Source: Lachnospiraceae bacterium (lineage in GTDB: Bacteria > Bacillota > Clostridia > Lachnospirales > Lachnospiraceae). Taken from it: a stretch of DNA of 64,000 bases. Both the position numbers and the translations under genes were made by a program. The DNA is taken from positions 10,870-74,869 of the forward strand of contig JAILHT010000003.1 in the NCBI GenBank assembly GCA_024695665.1, in the 5' to 3' direction. Positions within the stretch are counted from its first letter, which is position 1, and every line of letters begins with the position of its first letter. This document shows, one piece after another, positions 56,748-64,000 of the stretch. The notes beneath the pieces are model-generated. The model was not told the DNA's origin and did no database searches. It worked only from the letters and a program-made list of their open reading frames with translations.

Positions 56748-56761
56748 ATATTTTCGCAAAA

Positions 56762-57115
56762 TTACTTTACAAGTTCTTTTACCTTTGCGGCTTTTCCTAC
56801 ACGGTCTCTTAAGTAGTTGAGTTTTGCTCTTCTTACTTTACCTCTACGAACTACTTCGATCTTCTCTACGTTCGGAGAGTGGAGTGGCCATGTCTTCTCT
56901 ACACCGACACCATTTGAAAGCTTACGTACTGTAAATGTAGCACGGTTGCTTCCGCCCTGTCTCTTAAGAACAGTTCCCTCGAAAACCTGAATTCTTTCAC
57001 GGTTTCCCTCACGGATCTTTGCGTAAACTTTTACTGTGTCTCCTACACGGAACTCATCAACTTCAGCTTTAAGCTGCTCGTTCTCAATGTTCTTGATGAT
57101 TTCACTTGCGTTCAT
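56762..57115 (-). CDS. rplS: 50S ribosomal protein L19
   Basis: 117 aa. FRVGDTVKV...[10 protein letters not shown]...TFTVRK is a classic L19 sequence. Confidence 0.97.
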   Translation of the reverse strand: MNASEIIKNIENEQLKAEVDEFRVGDTVKVYAKIREGNRERIQVFEGTVLKRQGGSNRATFTVRKLSNGVGVEKTWPLHSPNVEKIEVVRRGKVRRAKLNYLRDRVGKAAKVKELVK

Positions 57116-57263
57116 TGTAATTTCCTCCTGATATCTTCGATGTTCTTAATACCCCATCTGCGACACATTTTACTCACCATCTACTGGTGAAACGCCTTGG
57201 TAACAGAGGACCATCGCATTCTCACAACTTGCATATTTTATCATGTATAGTACATTTTTGCAA
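57116..57263 (-). promoter_or_regulatory. rplS-specific promoter plus ~110-nt structured leader (candidate L19 leader)
   Basis: Minus strand reads TTGCAA (57263-57258), 17 nt, TAAAAT (57240-57235), 23 nt after the trmD stop. The leader contains the hairpin CACCA-guaga-UGGUG and ends at the AGGAGG RBS. Confidence 0.45.
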
Positions 57264-57285
57264 GCTAGTTTTTTCTATTTCTATT

Positions 57286-57963
57286 TTATTTCAAAAGCTC
57301 AGGTCTGAACTTTTTCGTTCTCTCGACCGACTTCTCATAATGCCACTCATCAACCTTCTTGTGATCGCCGGACAACAATATATCGGGCACTTTTTTCCCC
57401 ATCCACTCCGCCGGTCTCGAATACTGTGGATGTTCAAGAAGATTGTCCTCAAAAGACTCCGTATTTTTTGACTCACAATTTGTGAGAACGCCGGGAACCA
57501 TTCTCGATATGGCATCTATCATAACCATGGCAGGAAGTTCTCCACCTGTCAAAACATAATCACCGATAGTCACATAATCCGTAACTATCTCCTCAAGTAC
57601 TCTCTCGTCAACACCTTCATAATGTCCGCAGAGAAAAATAATATTTTCCTCTTTTGAGAGGTCTTTTGCCATCTGCTGTTTAAAAGGATGCCCCCATGGT
57701 GTCAAATACACTGTCCTTGGCCTGTATCCTATCTCCTCAACAATATGGATATAGCAATCATAGATAGGCTGTGCCTGCATCACCATACCGGCTCCACCGC
57801 CATATGGATAATCATCAACTTTTTTATGTTTATCCGTAGTATAATCCCTGATATTTACCGCTTCAAAATCAATCAAACCGTTGTTCTTAGCCCGGGCCAG
57901 GATACTTGTATTTAATGTCTGTTCCACCATCTCCGGAAACAGTGTCATAATATAGTATTTCAT
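57286..57963 (-). CDS. trmD: tRNA (guanine37-N1)-methyltransferase
   Basis: 225 aa. DDYPYGGGAGMVM and GHYEGVDERV motifs. Confidence 0.95.
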   Translation of the reverse strand: MKYYIMTLFPEMVEQTLNTSILARAKNNGLIDFEAVNIRDYTTDKHKKVDDYPYGGGAGMVMQAQPIYDCYIHIVEEIGYRPRTVYLTPWGHPFKQQMAKDLSKEENIIFLCGHYEGVDERVLEEIVTDYVTIGDYVLTGGELPAMVMIDAISRMVPGVLTNCESKNTESFEDNLLEHPQYSRPAEWMGKKVPDILLSGDHKKVDEWHYEKSVERTKKFRPELLK

Positions 57964-57964
57964 C

Positions 57965-58513
57965 TTATTTGCTTTCGTTCAATTCTCTCAGTCCCGGCAA
58001 AAGATGAACCGTCACCTTTCCACCGTCAATATCAACGTCCAGTATACATTCTTTTATAACGGGTATCAGAATGTCTGCGCCATGTTCCTGTTTGACAACA
58101 TAAACATCATTCGCTGCTGTCTGAAGCACATCATAAAGTTCCCCGAGTTTCTCTCCTGTATCCTCATATACGGTCAATCCAATGAGATCGGCAATAAAAT
58201 ATTCACCTTCCTCAAGTTTTACAGCATTTTTTCTGGTTACATAGAGTTCGTATTTTCTCCATGTCTCGACCGTATTTCTGTCATCCACTCCTACAAACCT
58301 CAAAATGACAAGGTTCTTTTGAAACTTAACACTTGCTATTTTTACGGTTTCCATGGAATGCTTTGTCTTTATGATAACTTCCTTCAAATCCTTAAATCTG
58401 TTCGGATCGTCGGTGGTAGGAAAAACCTTAACTTCCCCTCTCACTCCGTGAGGGCTTGTTATTACACCAACTTTAAATAAATCGTCGTCACTTCTTTTCA
58501 TTCTTTTTCCCAT
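57965..58513 (-). CDS. rimM: 16S rRNA processing protein RimM
   Basis: 182 aa. GVITSPHGVRGEVKV and PRC-barrel C-terminus. Confidence 0.9.
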   Translation of the reverse strand: MGKRMKRSDDDLFKVGVITSPHGVRGEVKVFPTTDDPNRFKDLKEVIIKTKHSMETVKIASVKFQKNLVILRFVGVDDRNTVETWRKYELYVTRKNAVKLEEGEYFIADLIGLTVYEDTGEKLGELYDVLQTAANDVYVVKQEHGADILIPVIKECILDVDIDGGKVTVHLLPGLRELNESK

Positions 58514-58569
58514 TCATTAATTTAAGTACAAAAAATCCCCGAAACATATATGCTCCGGGGACCTCTCAA

Positions 58570-58800
58570 CTACTGTACTATATCTACAATAACCTTTTTA
58601 TCCTCTTTAGAGGATGCTGCCTTGACAACGGCACGGATAGCCTTTGCTATACGTCCCTGTTTTCCAATGACCTTTCCCATATCTGAAGGTGCTACATGCA
58701 GCTCAAGCCGGATGGTCTTCTCGGTCTCTGTCTGAGTAACAACGACTTCTTCCGGATAATCCACCAGCGCTTTTGCGATTACTTCAATCAATTCTTTCAT
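58570..58800 (-). CDS. KH-domain RNA-binding protein (YlqC-like)
   Basis: 76 aa. The GKVIGKQGRIAKAIR GXXG loop. Confidence 0.9.
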   Translation of the reverse strand: MKELIEVIAKALVDYPEEVVVTQTETEKTIRLELHVAPSDMGKVIGKQGRIAKAIRAVVKAASSKEDKKVIVDIVQ

Positions 58801-58827
58801 CTGGCACTCCTTGGTGACTTAGTCGTA

Positions 58828-59070
58828 TTATTTCTCGATTCCTGCTGCCTTAAAGATTCTTGCTACAGTCTCTGTAGGCTGTGCTCCGTCTGCAAGCCAT
58901 TTCTTTGCTGCTTCAGCATCTACATTGTATACTGATGGATCCTTTGTCGGATCGTATGTTCCGATCTCCTCGATGAAACGTCCGTCTCTTGGTGAACGTG
59001 CATCTGAAACAACGATTCTATAGAAAGGTGCTTTCTTCTGTCCCATTCTTCTCAATCTGATCTTTACCAT
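58828..59070 (-). CDS. rpsP: 30S ribosomal protein S16
   Basis: 80 aa. [21 protein letters not shown]. Confidence 0.97.
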   Translation of the reverse strand: MVKIRLRRMGQKKAPFYRIVVSDARSPRDGRFIEEIGTYDPTKDPSVYNVDAEAAKKWLADGAQPTETVARIFKAAGIEK

Positions 59071-59157
59071 TTTTTGTTCCTCCTTGTTTTTTGAACATGT
59101 TTTTATTTTTATATTTCAAATTCATAACAATCTATTTTTATGAATCTGTTTGCTTTT

Positions 59158-60522
59158 TTAAAACGGCATTTTTCCGCCGCCGAACATTCCCGGGAATCCA
59201 CCGCGCATTCCGCGTTTTCCTCCCATCATGCCGCCCATCTGCTTCATCATCTTCTTTGCCTGCTCAAACTGCTTTATCAGTCTGTTTACCTCGGATACAT
59301 CAACTCCGGCTCCGGCGGCTATTCGACGTTTTCTGCTTGGATTTATCACCGATGGATTCAATCTCTCCTGCTTTGTCATCGAAAAGATGATGGCCTCAGT
59401 TCTCTTCATACCCTTTTCAGCCGCATCCTGGTCAATATCTCCCATTTTTCCCATACCAGGCATCATCGAAAGAAGGCTTCCAAGCCCTCCCATCTTTCTC
59501 ATCTGCGCAAGTGAAGAAAGATAATCCTCAAAGTCAAAATCGGCTTTCTTTACCTTCTTCTCAAGTCTTCTGGCCTCATCCTCATCTATAGCATCCTGTG
59601 CTTTTTCAATCATTGTGAGCACATCGCCCATACCAAGGATTCTAGAAGCCATTCGGTCAGGGTAAAACTGTTCCAAATCGGAAAGTTTTTCTCCCATACC
59701 TATATAAAGAATAGGCTTTCCAGTTACTGCTCTTATCGAAAGTGCGGCACCGCCTCTTGTATCACCATCGAGTTTCGTGAGGATGACCCCGTCAACACCT
59801 ATCTTCTCATCAAATGTACTTGCTACATTTACCGCATCCTGACCGGTCATTGCGTCAACAACAAGTACCGTCTGCGTTATCTCAATGTTCTCTTTTATCT
59901 CAACAAGTTCAGCCATCATGTCCTCATCGACATGCAGACGTCCTGCGGTATCGATTATAACCACATTGAATCCTTTTTTTGAGGCATGCTCGCATGCAGC
60001 TTTTGCAATATCCACAGGCTTGTTCTTGTCTCCCATAGAGAAGACCTCAACCTCCTGTTTTGCACCATTGACTTTCAACTGTTCAATAGCAGCCGGTCTG
60101 TAAACATCGCAGGCTACCAACAATGGTTTTCTACCTTTGAGTTTCACCTTGCCTGCAATCTTTGCAGCTGTGGTTGTTTTACCTGCACCCTGAAGTCCGA
60201 CCATCATTATGACTGTTATAGAATTGCTGTTCTTAAGCTTAATCTCGGTTGTCTCCGATCCCATAAGCTTGATCATCTCTTCATTAACAATCTTTATGAC
60301 CATCTGTCCCGGATTGAGGCCGTTCATGACATCCTGGCCTATGGCTCTCTCCTGTACAGCCTTTACAAACTGTTTAACGACCTTAAAGTTTACATCAGCT
60401 TCCAAAAGAGCAAGCTTTACTTCCTTAAGAGCCGCTTTAACATCATCCTCACTAAGACGACCTTTACTTCTTAAATTTTTAAATACATTCTGAAGCTTAT
60501 CAGACAAACTCTCAAATGCCAT
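59158..60522 (-). CDS. ffh: signal recognition particle protein Ffh
   Basis: 454 aa. NG domain with GLQGAGKTT and DTAGR; Met-rich M domain; Gly/Met tail. Confidence 0.97.
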   Translation of the reverse strand: MAFESLSDKLQNVFKNLRSKGRLSEDDVKAALKEVKLALLEADVNFKVVKQFVKAVQERAIGQDVMNGLNPGQMVIKIVNEEMIKLMGSETTEIKLKNSNSITVIMMVGLQGAGKTTTAAKIAGKVKLKGRKPLLVACDVYRPAAIEQLKVNGAKQEVEVFSMGDKNKPVDIAKAACEHASKKGFNVVIIDTAGRLHVDEDMMAELVEIKENIEITQTVLVVDAMTGQDAVNVASTFDEKIGVDGVILTKLDGDTRGGAALSIRAVTGKPILYIGMGEKLSDLEQFYPDRMASRILGMGDVLTMIEKAQDAIDEDEARRLEKKVKKADFDFEDYLSSLAQMRKMGGLGSLLSMMPGMGKMGDIDQDAAEKGMKRTEAIIFSMTKQERLNPSVINPSRKRRIAAGAGVDVSEVNRLIKQFEQAKKMMKQMGGMMGGKRGMRGGFPGMFGGGKMPF

Positions 60523-60524
60523 TC

Positions 60525-60926
60525 TTACAGTTCCTCTATAATCTGATTGGATATATCTTCTATCTTAGTTATCTTATTCAAGGTTTCTATGTCATCCGTC
60601 CCTTTTATATCGGTTTTCAGTCTCTCTGCAATACCGTATATCTGTTCAACATCATGTCTTATCTTCATAAACTTCTCAACCAAATGAAGTTTTTTCTCGT
60701 ACCCTTCAAGCTTGCCATCACATCTTTTAAGCATATCGGATACTCCCTGTCTTGAAATTCCCTCTTCCTCGGCAATCTCACCTAAAGACATATCATTGAA
60801 AACAAAATCCGAATATACCTGACGCTGATGTTCATTTAAAAGTTCTCCGTAGAAATCATACAGATATGCTTTTCTTGCACGTCCTTCTATAACGCTTTCG
60901 TTTGAAATAAGTTCCGGCATAGTCAC
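60525..60926 (-). CDS. ylxM: YlxM/UPF0122 putative DNA-binding protein
   Basis: 133 aa. Sigma-70-region-4-like HTH ([23 protein letters not shown]). The stop lies 2 nt before ffh, the canonical ylxM-ffh pair. Confidence 0.88.
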   Translation of the reverse strand: MTMPELISNESVIEGRARKAYLYDFYGELLNEHQRQVYSDFVFNDMSLGEIAEEEGISRQGVSDMLKRCDGKLEGYEKKLHLVEKFMKIRHDVEQIYGIAERLKTDIKGTDDIETLNKITKIEDISNQIIEEL

Positions 60927-60969
60927 CTCTTTATGCTTTATCGCACAATGGATAATCTATCACAAATGC

Positions 60970-61000
60970 AAAAAGGTGTCAAGCATTTTTGCTTGACACC
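60970..61000 (-). terminator. rho-independent terminator after the surface-protein gene
   Basis: 10-bp perfect stem GGTGTCAAGC / GCTTGACACC with U runs on both sides. Confidence 0.8.
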
Positions 61001-61031
61001 TTTTCTATGATGATTAAAAAGAGTAATTTAA

Positions 61032-64000
61032 TTATTTCTCGTCCTTCTTAACACTTTCTGAAGCATTTGCTTTCTTTGTGTTCTGAACTTTGTAAGTCTC
61101 AAATCCCATTGCTCCAAGAATTGCAAGTATAAGCAACCACCACCATGAGAAGTGCACTCCCTCTTCTTCTTCTTCTAATGCTCCAAGAGGAACACCTTCT
61201 TCTTTAACAGTTGTAGTTTTCTCAGCTGAGTCTGCAAGTGGAACACCCTCGTCAGCTACTTTCGATACAGTTGATGTACTACTTGCAGTAGCTCCTGCAT
61301 TATCTGCATCGTCATCATCCGCTGTAGTAGCTGTTGTTGTCGTTCTACCTGTGCTAAGAGTGATAACACCGTTTGTTGTCTGGCTCGGATTTACAACGAC
61401 ATCCGGGTCGGTTACATAATTCTGTGATCCGGAATTGCTGTTGTCTGTCTTTTCTTTCTTATCAGTCTTATCCTTCTTATCAGTCTTATCCTTCTTGTCA
61501 GTCTTATCTTTCTTATCTGACTTGTTCTCAGATTCAGATTCTGACTCTGATTCTGATTCTGACTCTGATTCTGATTCTGACTCTGATTCTGACTCTGATT
61601 CAGTCTCGCTCTCGGTCTCTTTCTCAGCAGCCTTCTCATTGATAGCTTCTACAACTTCTTCATAAACCTCTTTAGCATCCTCAAGAGTTTCCTCTAATGA
61701 CTGTAAAGTGCTCTTTGCTGCTTCGTAATTTGCCTCAGCAACCTTAAGTGCTTCTGCAAGCTCTGCTAGAGAAGCCTCTGTAGTTCTATCCTGATCGTAA
61801 AGAGCCTTTATAGCTGCCTTGAGATCATTTACTGTCTGAGCTGCATTCTCAACACGTCTGCTTGCCTCCTCAGCCGCATCAGCTATCTCCTGATACTTAT
61901 CCTTAGCTGCATCAGCATCTTCCTGCTCTTTAATCTGCTTGAGAAGTTCCTCTGCTGTATCAGTTACATCGATATTGTGCTCATAATTGTAGTTAGCATA
62001 TCTGGTCTCAGTAACTGCATCAGCTGCTTCAGTATGATTAACATTCGATACACTGGATGTTGAAGTTGAAACTGCAACATTTTCGGTCTGTGTATCTGTT
62101 GTTGTCTCTGTAGTTGTAGTAACTGTTGTTACCTCAACATTCTTAGTATATGTATAGTTGTAGGTATGCGACTCAGAAGTAATGCTTGTTGTAGTTTTTA
62201 CATTTGTAGCTCCTGCCGTAACCTGTGCCTCTGCAGCTGCTTTTGCTGCTGCTTCTGCTTCAGTTGCACTGTTTGCTGTAGATGAAGCGGTTGTAGTGTC
62301 GGCTGCAACATAGTAATATGTATACTTTCCTACCAACCAGTCATTTATATCTATGCCGATATAAATTCCTCCCTGAGCTTCAACAGCTGCTTTTAATGCA
62401 GCTTCTATCTTAGCTTTATCATCGGTATTTCCACCGAACCAGCCTTTTATTGTGGTCCAAATATCTTTATACCACTTTGTATCTGCCGTTCCGCTTGATA
62501 CCTTAGAATAAGTAACTGTGATGGTTCCGGTAACTCTGTATCTGTCATAGTCACCCCACATATTCTTATTCTTTTCAGCACTCAAATTGTCTGTTCCGGA
62601 ATTGGTATATACATAATACTCTTTCCAGTTGTCATACTTGTCTGTCTTATCCTCAGCAACCTCTTCTTTTGCATCAGATCCACTCCAATCCCAATTATCT
62701 TCATTTACCGATATAGTCTCTGTAAATGTCTTAACATATGTGGTTGTAGCTGTAGCTGTGTAAGAATCAGATACTGATGAAGTACCGTCTGTGTATGTTG
62801 TAACTGTTGTGGTTGTAGTATCTCCGTCCGTAGTCGTCTCTGTTGTATCAGTAAGTGCATCAAGAGCTGACTGAGCTGCAGCTGCTGCGGCATCATGTGA
62901 TGCAGCGGTTCCGTTTCCGGACTCTTCTGTGCTTGTCTCTGTAACAGTTGTGTCGGTTGTAAGTGTATTTACAACAGTAACTGTTGTCACATCACCGGTT
63001 ACAGTCTTAACAACATTGCCGTCTTCATCATATGCATATGAGGTGTCATATGAGTCCTCATCAACATCTGTTGTGATGGTAGTTGTTGTCTCTGTAACAG
63101 TTGTTGTATTTCCGTCAGTGGTTGTCTCACTTGAAGTCTCTGTAGATGTACCGTCTGATACAAGTGTTGCATCTGTAGTATTGTAGAGATATACATACTC
63201 AGGAACTTCTTCTGTTCCGACATTTGTGAGTGTACCATTCTCAATAGCTGCCGCATACTCATCAGCAGTCATTTTAACTGTAACTGTCTCACCGTCTTCA
63301 TCTGTATAGCTGTATGAATAGCTCTCCTCAACGGCGTCTTTTACAACATATGAAACTTCATTCTTCTCGAAGATATCAAATCCGTAAACCGTATTTCCAT
63401 TCTCATCGGTAGTAGATGTTATCTTATAGTTTATATACTTTGTAGCAGTCTGAGTTTCACCGTTCTCATCTGTGTAGCTGTATGTAACTTTTACATAATT
63501 GTACTGATCCTGTCCGCTGTACTTTTTGAAGTTGCTGACCTCAATTGAATCAGCATCAACTGTGGTATCTCCTGAAAGAACATACTCAACATAGTAGTCT
63601 TCTACTACTGTATAGAATACTGTATCAAGTTTTGACCAGTTTTTATTCTTGAATGCAGACTGTGTATCCTCTGAGAGAAGTGTATCCTTAAGATCAATAA
63701 GTCCTGATACGTCTTCAACATTCGCTTTTGCAGCATCTGCTGCTGCTTTGAGTTCCTCAACATTCTTGTTGGCATCCTCAAGTTCTTTTTCTGCTGCTTC
63801 TGCATCTGCCGAAGCATTTGCAAGTGCATCCTTGTATTCCTTCTCAGCTGCATTTGCCGCTGCTACAGCATCTTCATATGCCTTCTTTGCAGCCTCATAT
63901 TTATCAGCCGCATCGTTGTATGTCTGCTCAGCGTTTGTTACTACTGTAGAAAGATTTGAAAGTGCATCTGTTGCTTCCTGCTCTGTAGTAGCATTCTTGA
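61032..64000 (-). CDS. very large Thr/Ala/Glu-rich cell-surface protein with a C-terminal TM anchor; the N-terminus lies beyond the window
   Basis: The track ORF starts at the first in-window Met (63272). My codon-by-codon check shows the same frame stays open, with no stop and no Met, up to position 64000 (...KNATTEQEATDALSNLSTVVTNAEQ...TDEDGETVTVK-MTADEY...). Contents: coiled-coil A/E/K segments, Thr-rich beta-like segments, (SE)n and (DKKDKT)4 repeats, a duplicated EEGVPL[A/G] motif, a W-rich TM helix, and a K-rich tail. No LPXTG. Confidence 0.8.
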   Translation of the reverse strand, partial: KNATTEQEATDALSNLSTVVTNAEQTYNDAADKYEAAKKAYEDAVAAANAAEKEYKDALANASADAEAAEKELEDANKNVEELKAAADAAKANVEDVSGLIDLKDTLLSEDTQSAFKNKNWSKLDTVFYTVVEDYYVEYVLSGDTTVDADSIEVSNFKKYSGQDQYNYVKVTYSYTDENGETQTATKYINYKITSTTDENGNTVYGFDIFEKNEVSYVVKDAVEESYSYSYTDEDGETVTVKMTADEYAAAIENGTLTNVGTEEVPEYVYLYNTTDATLVSDGTSTETSSETTTDGNTTTVTETTTTITTDVDEDSYDTSYAYDEDGNVVKTVTGDVTTVTVVNTLTTDTTVTETSTEESGNGTAASHDAAAAAAQSALDALTDTTETTTDGDTTTTTVTTYTDGTSSVSDSYTATATTTYVKTFTETISVNEDNWDWSGSDAKEEVAEDKTDKYDNWKEYYVYTNSGTDNLSAEKNKNMWGDYDRYRVTGTITVTYSKVSSGTADTKWYKDIWTTIKGWFGGNTDDKAKIEAALKAAVEAQGGIYIGIDINDWLVGKYTYYYVAADTTTASSTANSATEAEAAAKAAAEAQVTAGATNVKTTTSITSESHTYNYTYTKNVEVTTVTTTTETTTDTQTENVAVSTSTSSVSNVNHTEAADAVTETRYANYNYEHNIDVTDTAEELLKQIKEQEDADAAKDKYQEIADAAEEASRRVENAAQTVNDLKAAIKALYDQDRTTEASLAELAEALKVAEANYEAAKSTLQSLEETLEDAKEVYEEVVEAINEKAAEKETESETESESESESESESESESESESESESENKSDKKDKTDKKDKTDKKDKTDKKEKTDNSNSGSQNYVTDPDVVVNPSQTTNGVITLSTGRTTTTATTADDDDADNAGATASSTSTVSKVADEGVPLADSAEKTTTVKEEGVPLGALEEEEEGVHFSWWWLLILAILGAMGFETYKVQNTKKANASESVKKDEK
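61446..61517 (-). repeat. 4 x 18-nt in-frame tandem repeat encoding DKK(D/E)KT
   Basis: Plus-strand units agtcttatc(c/t)ttctt(a/g)tc repeat head to tail, and the reading frame was verified codon by codon. Confidence 0.9.
61527..61619 (-). repeat. imperfect hexanucleotide (GAnTCn) tandem repeat encoding (Ser-Glu)n
   Basis: About 13 consecutive SE dipeptides (ctc/ttc + tga/aga codon complements) plus degenerate TE/SE units. This repeat also creates the spurious repeat ORFs in the other frames (61412-61665). Confidence 0.9.

Noticed and set aside
1-64000. I searched by eye for CRISPR repeats, tRNA or rRNA genes, IS elements or transposases, integrases, toxin-antitoxin pairs and known defence genes.
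   Set aside because: None were found. Intergenic regions are short and explained by promoters and terminators, and every long ORF has a housekeeping or signalling assignment.

Overview
This 64 kb window looks like the chromosome of a low-GC Firmicute. Gene content and synteny resemble Clostridia or Lachnospiraceae, but that is inference only. I count about 56 protein genes, nearly all on the minus strand and mostly housekeeping. They include the ylxM-ffh-rpsP-KH-rimM-trmD-rplS-lepB-rbgA-rnhB block, DUF512-der-plsY-gpsA, a parE/parC-like topoisomerase pair, aspS, nrdD/nrdG, clpX, metY, two folC paralogues, proA, mgsA, dut, nth and xth. I saw no rRNA, tRNA, CRISPR array, transposase or prophage genes.

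The most interesting signal is c-di-GMP signalling hardware.
- A strong GEMM-I (c-di-GMP-I) riboswitch match with its own promoter and an intrinsic terminator sits in the leader of a stand-alone, D0-degenerate flagellin-like gene. That unit is wedged between nrdD and aspS-nrdG.
- A ClpX paralogue with a long low-complexity insert appears translationally coupled to a membrane protein whose GGDEF and EAL motifs are both degenerate.
- A cytoplasmic PBP-fold sensor is fused to a canonical GGDEF domain.

Other points:
- Tandem NrdR boxes overlap the nrdD promoter, and the ORF-track start for nrdD lies inside that promoter.
- A perfect 31-bp palindrome sits at the degV promoter.
- A FliK-like / stand-alone FlhB-C-like / FapA trio follows the ribosomal/SRP block.
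- rplS has its own promoter and a roughly 110-nt leader.
- A very large Thr-rich, repeat-containing surface protein runs off the 3' edge of the window.

All calls come from reading the sequence and ORF translations. No database search was run.
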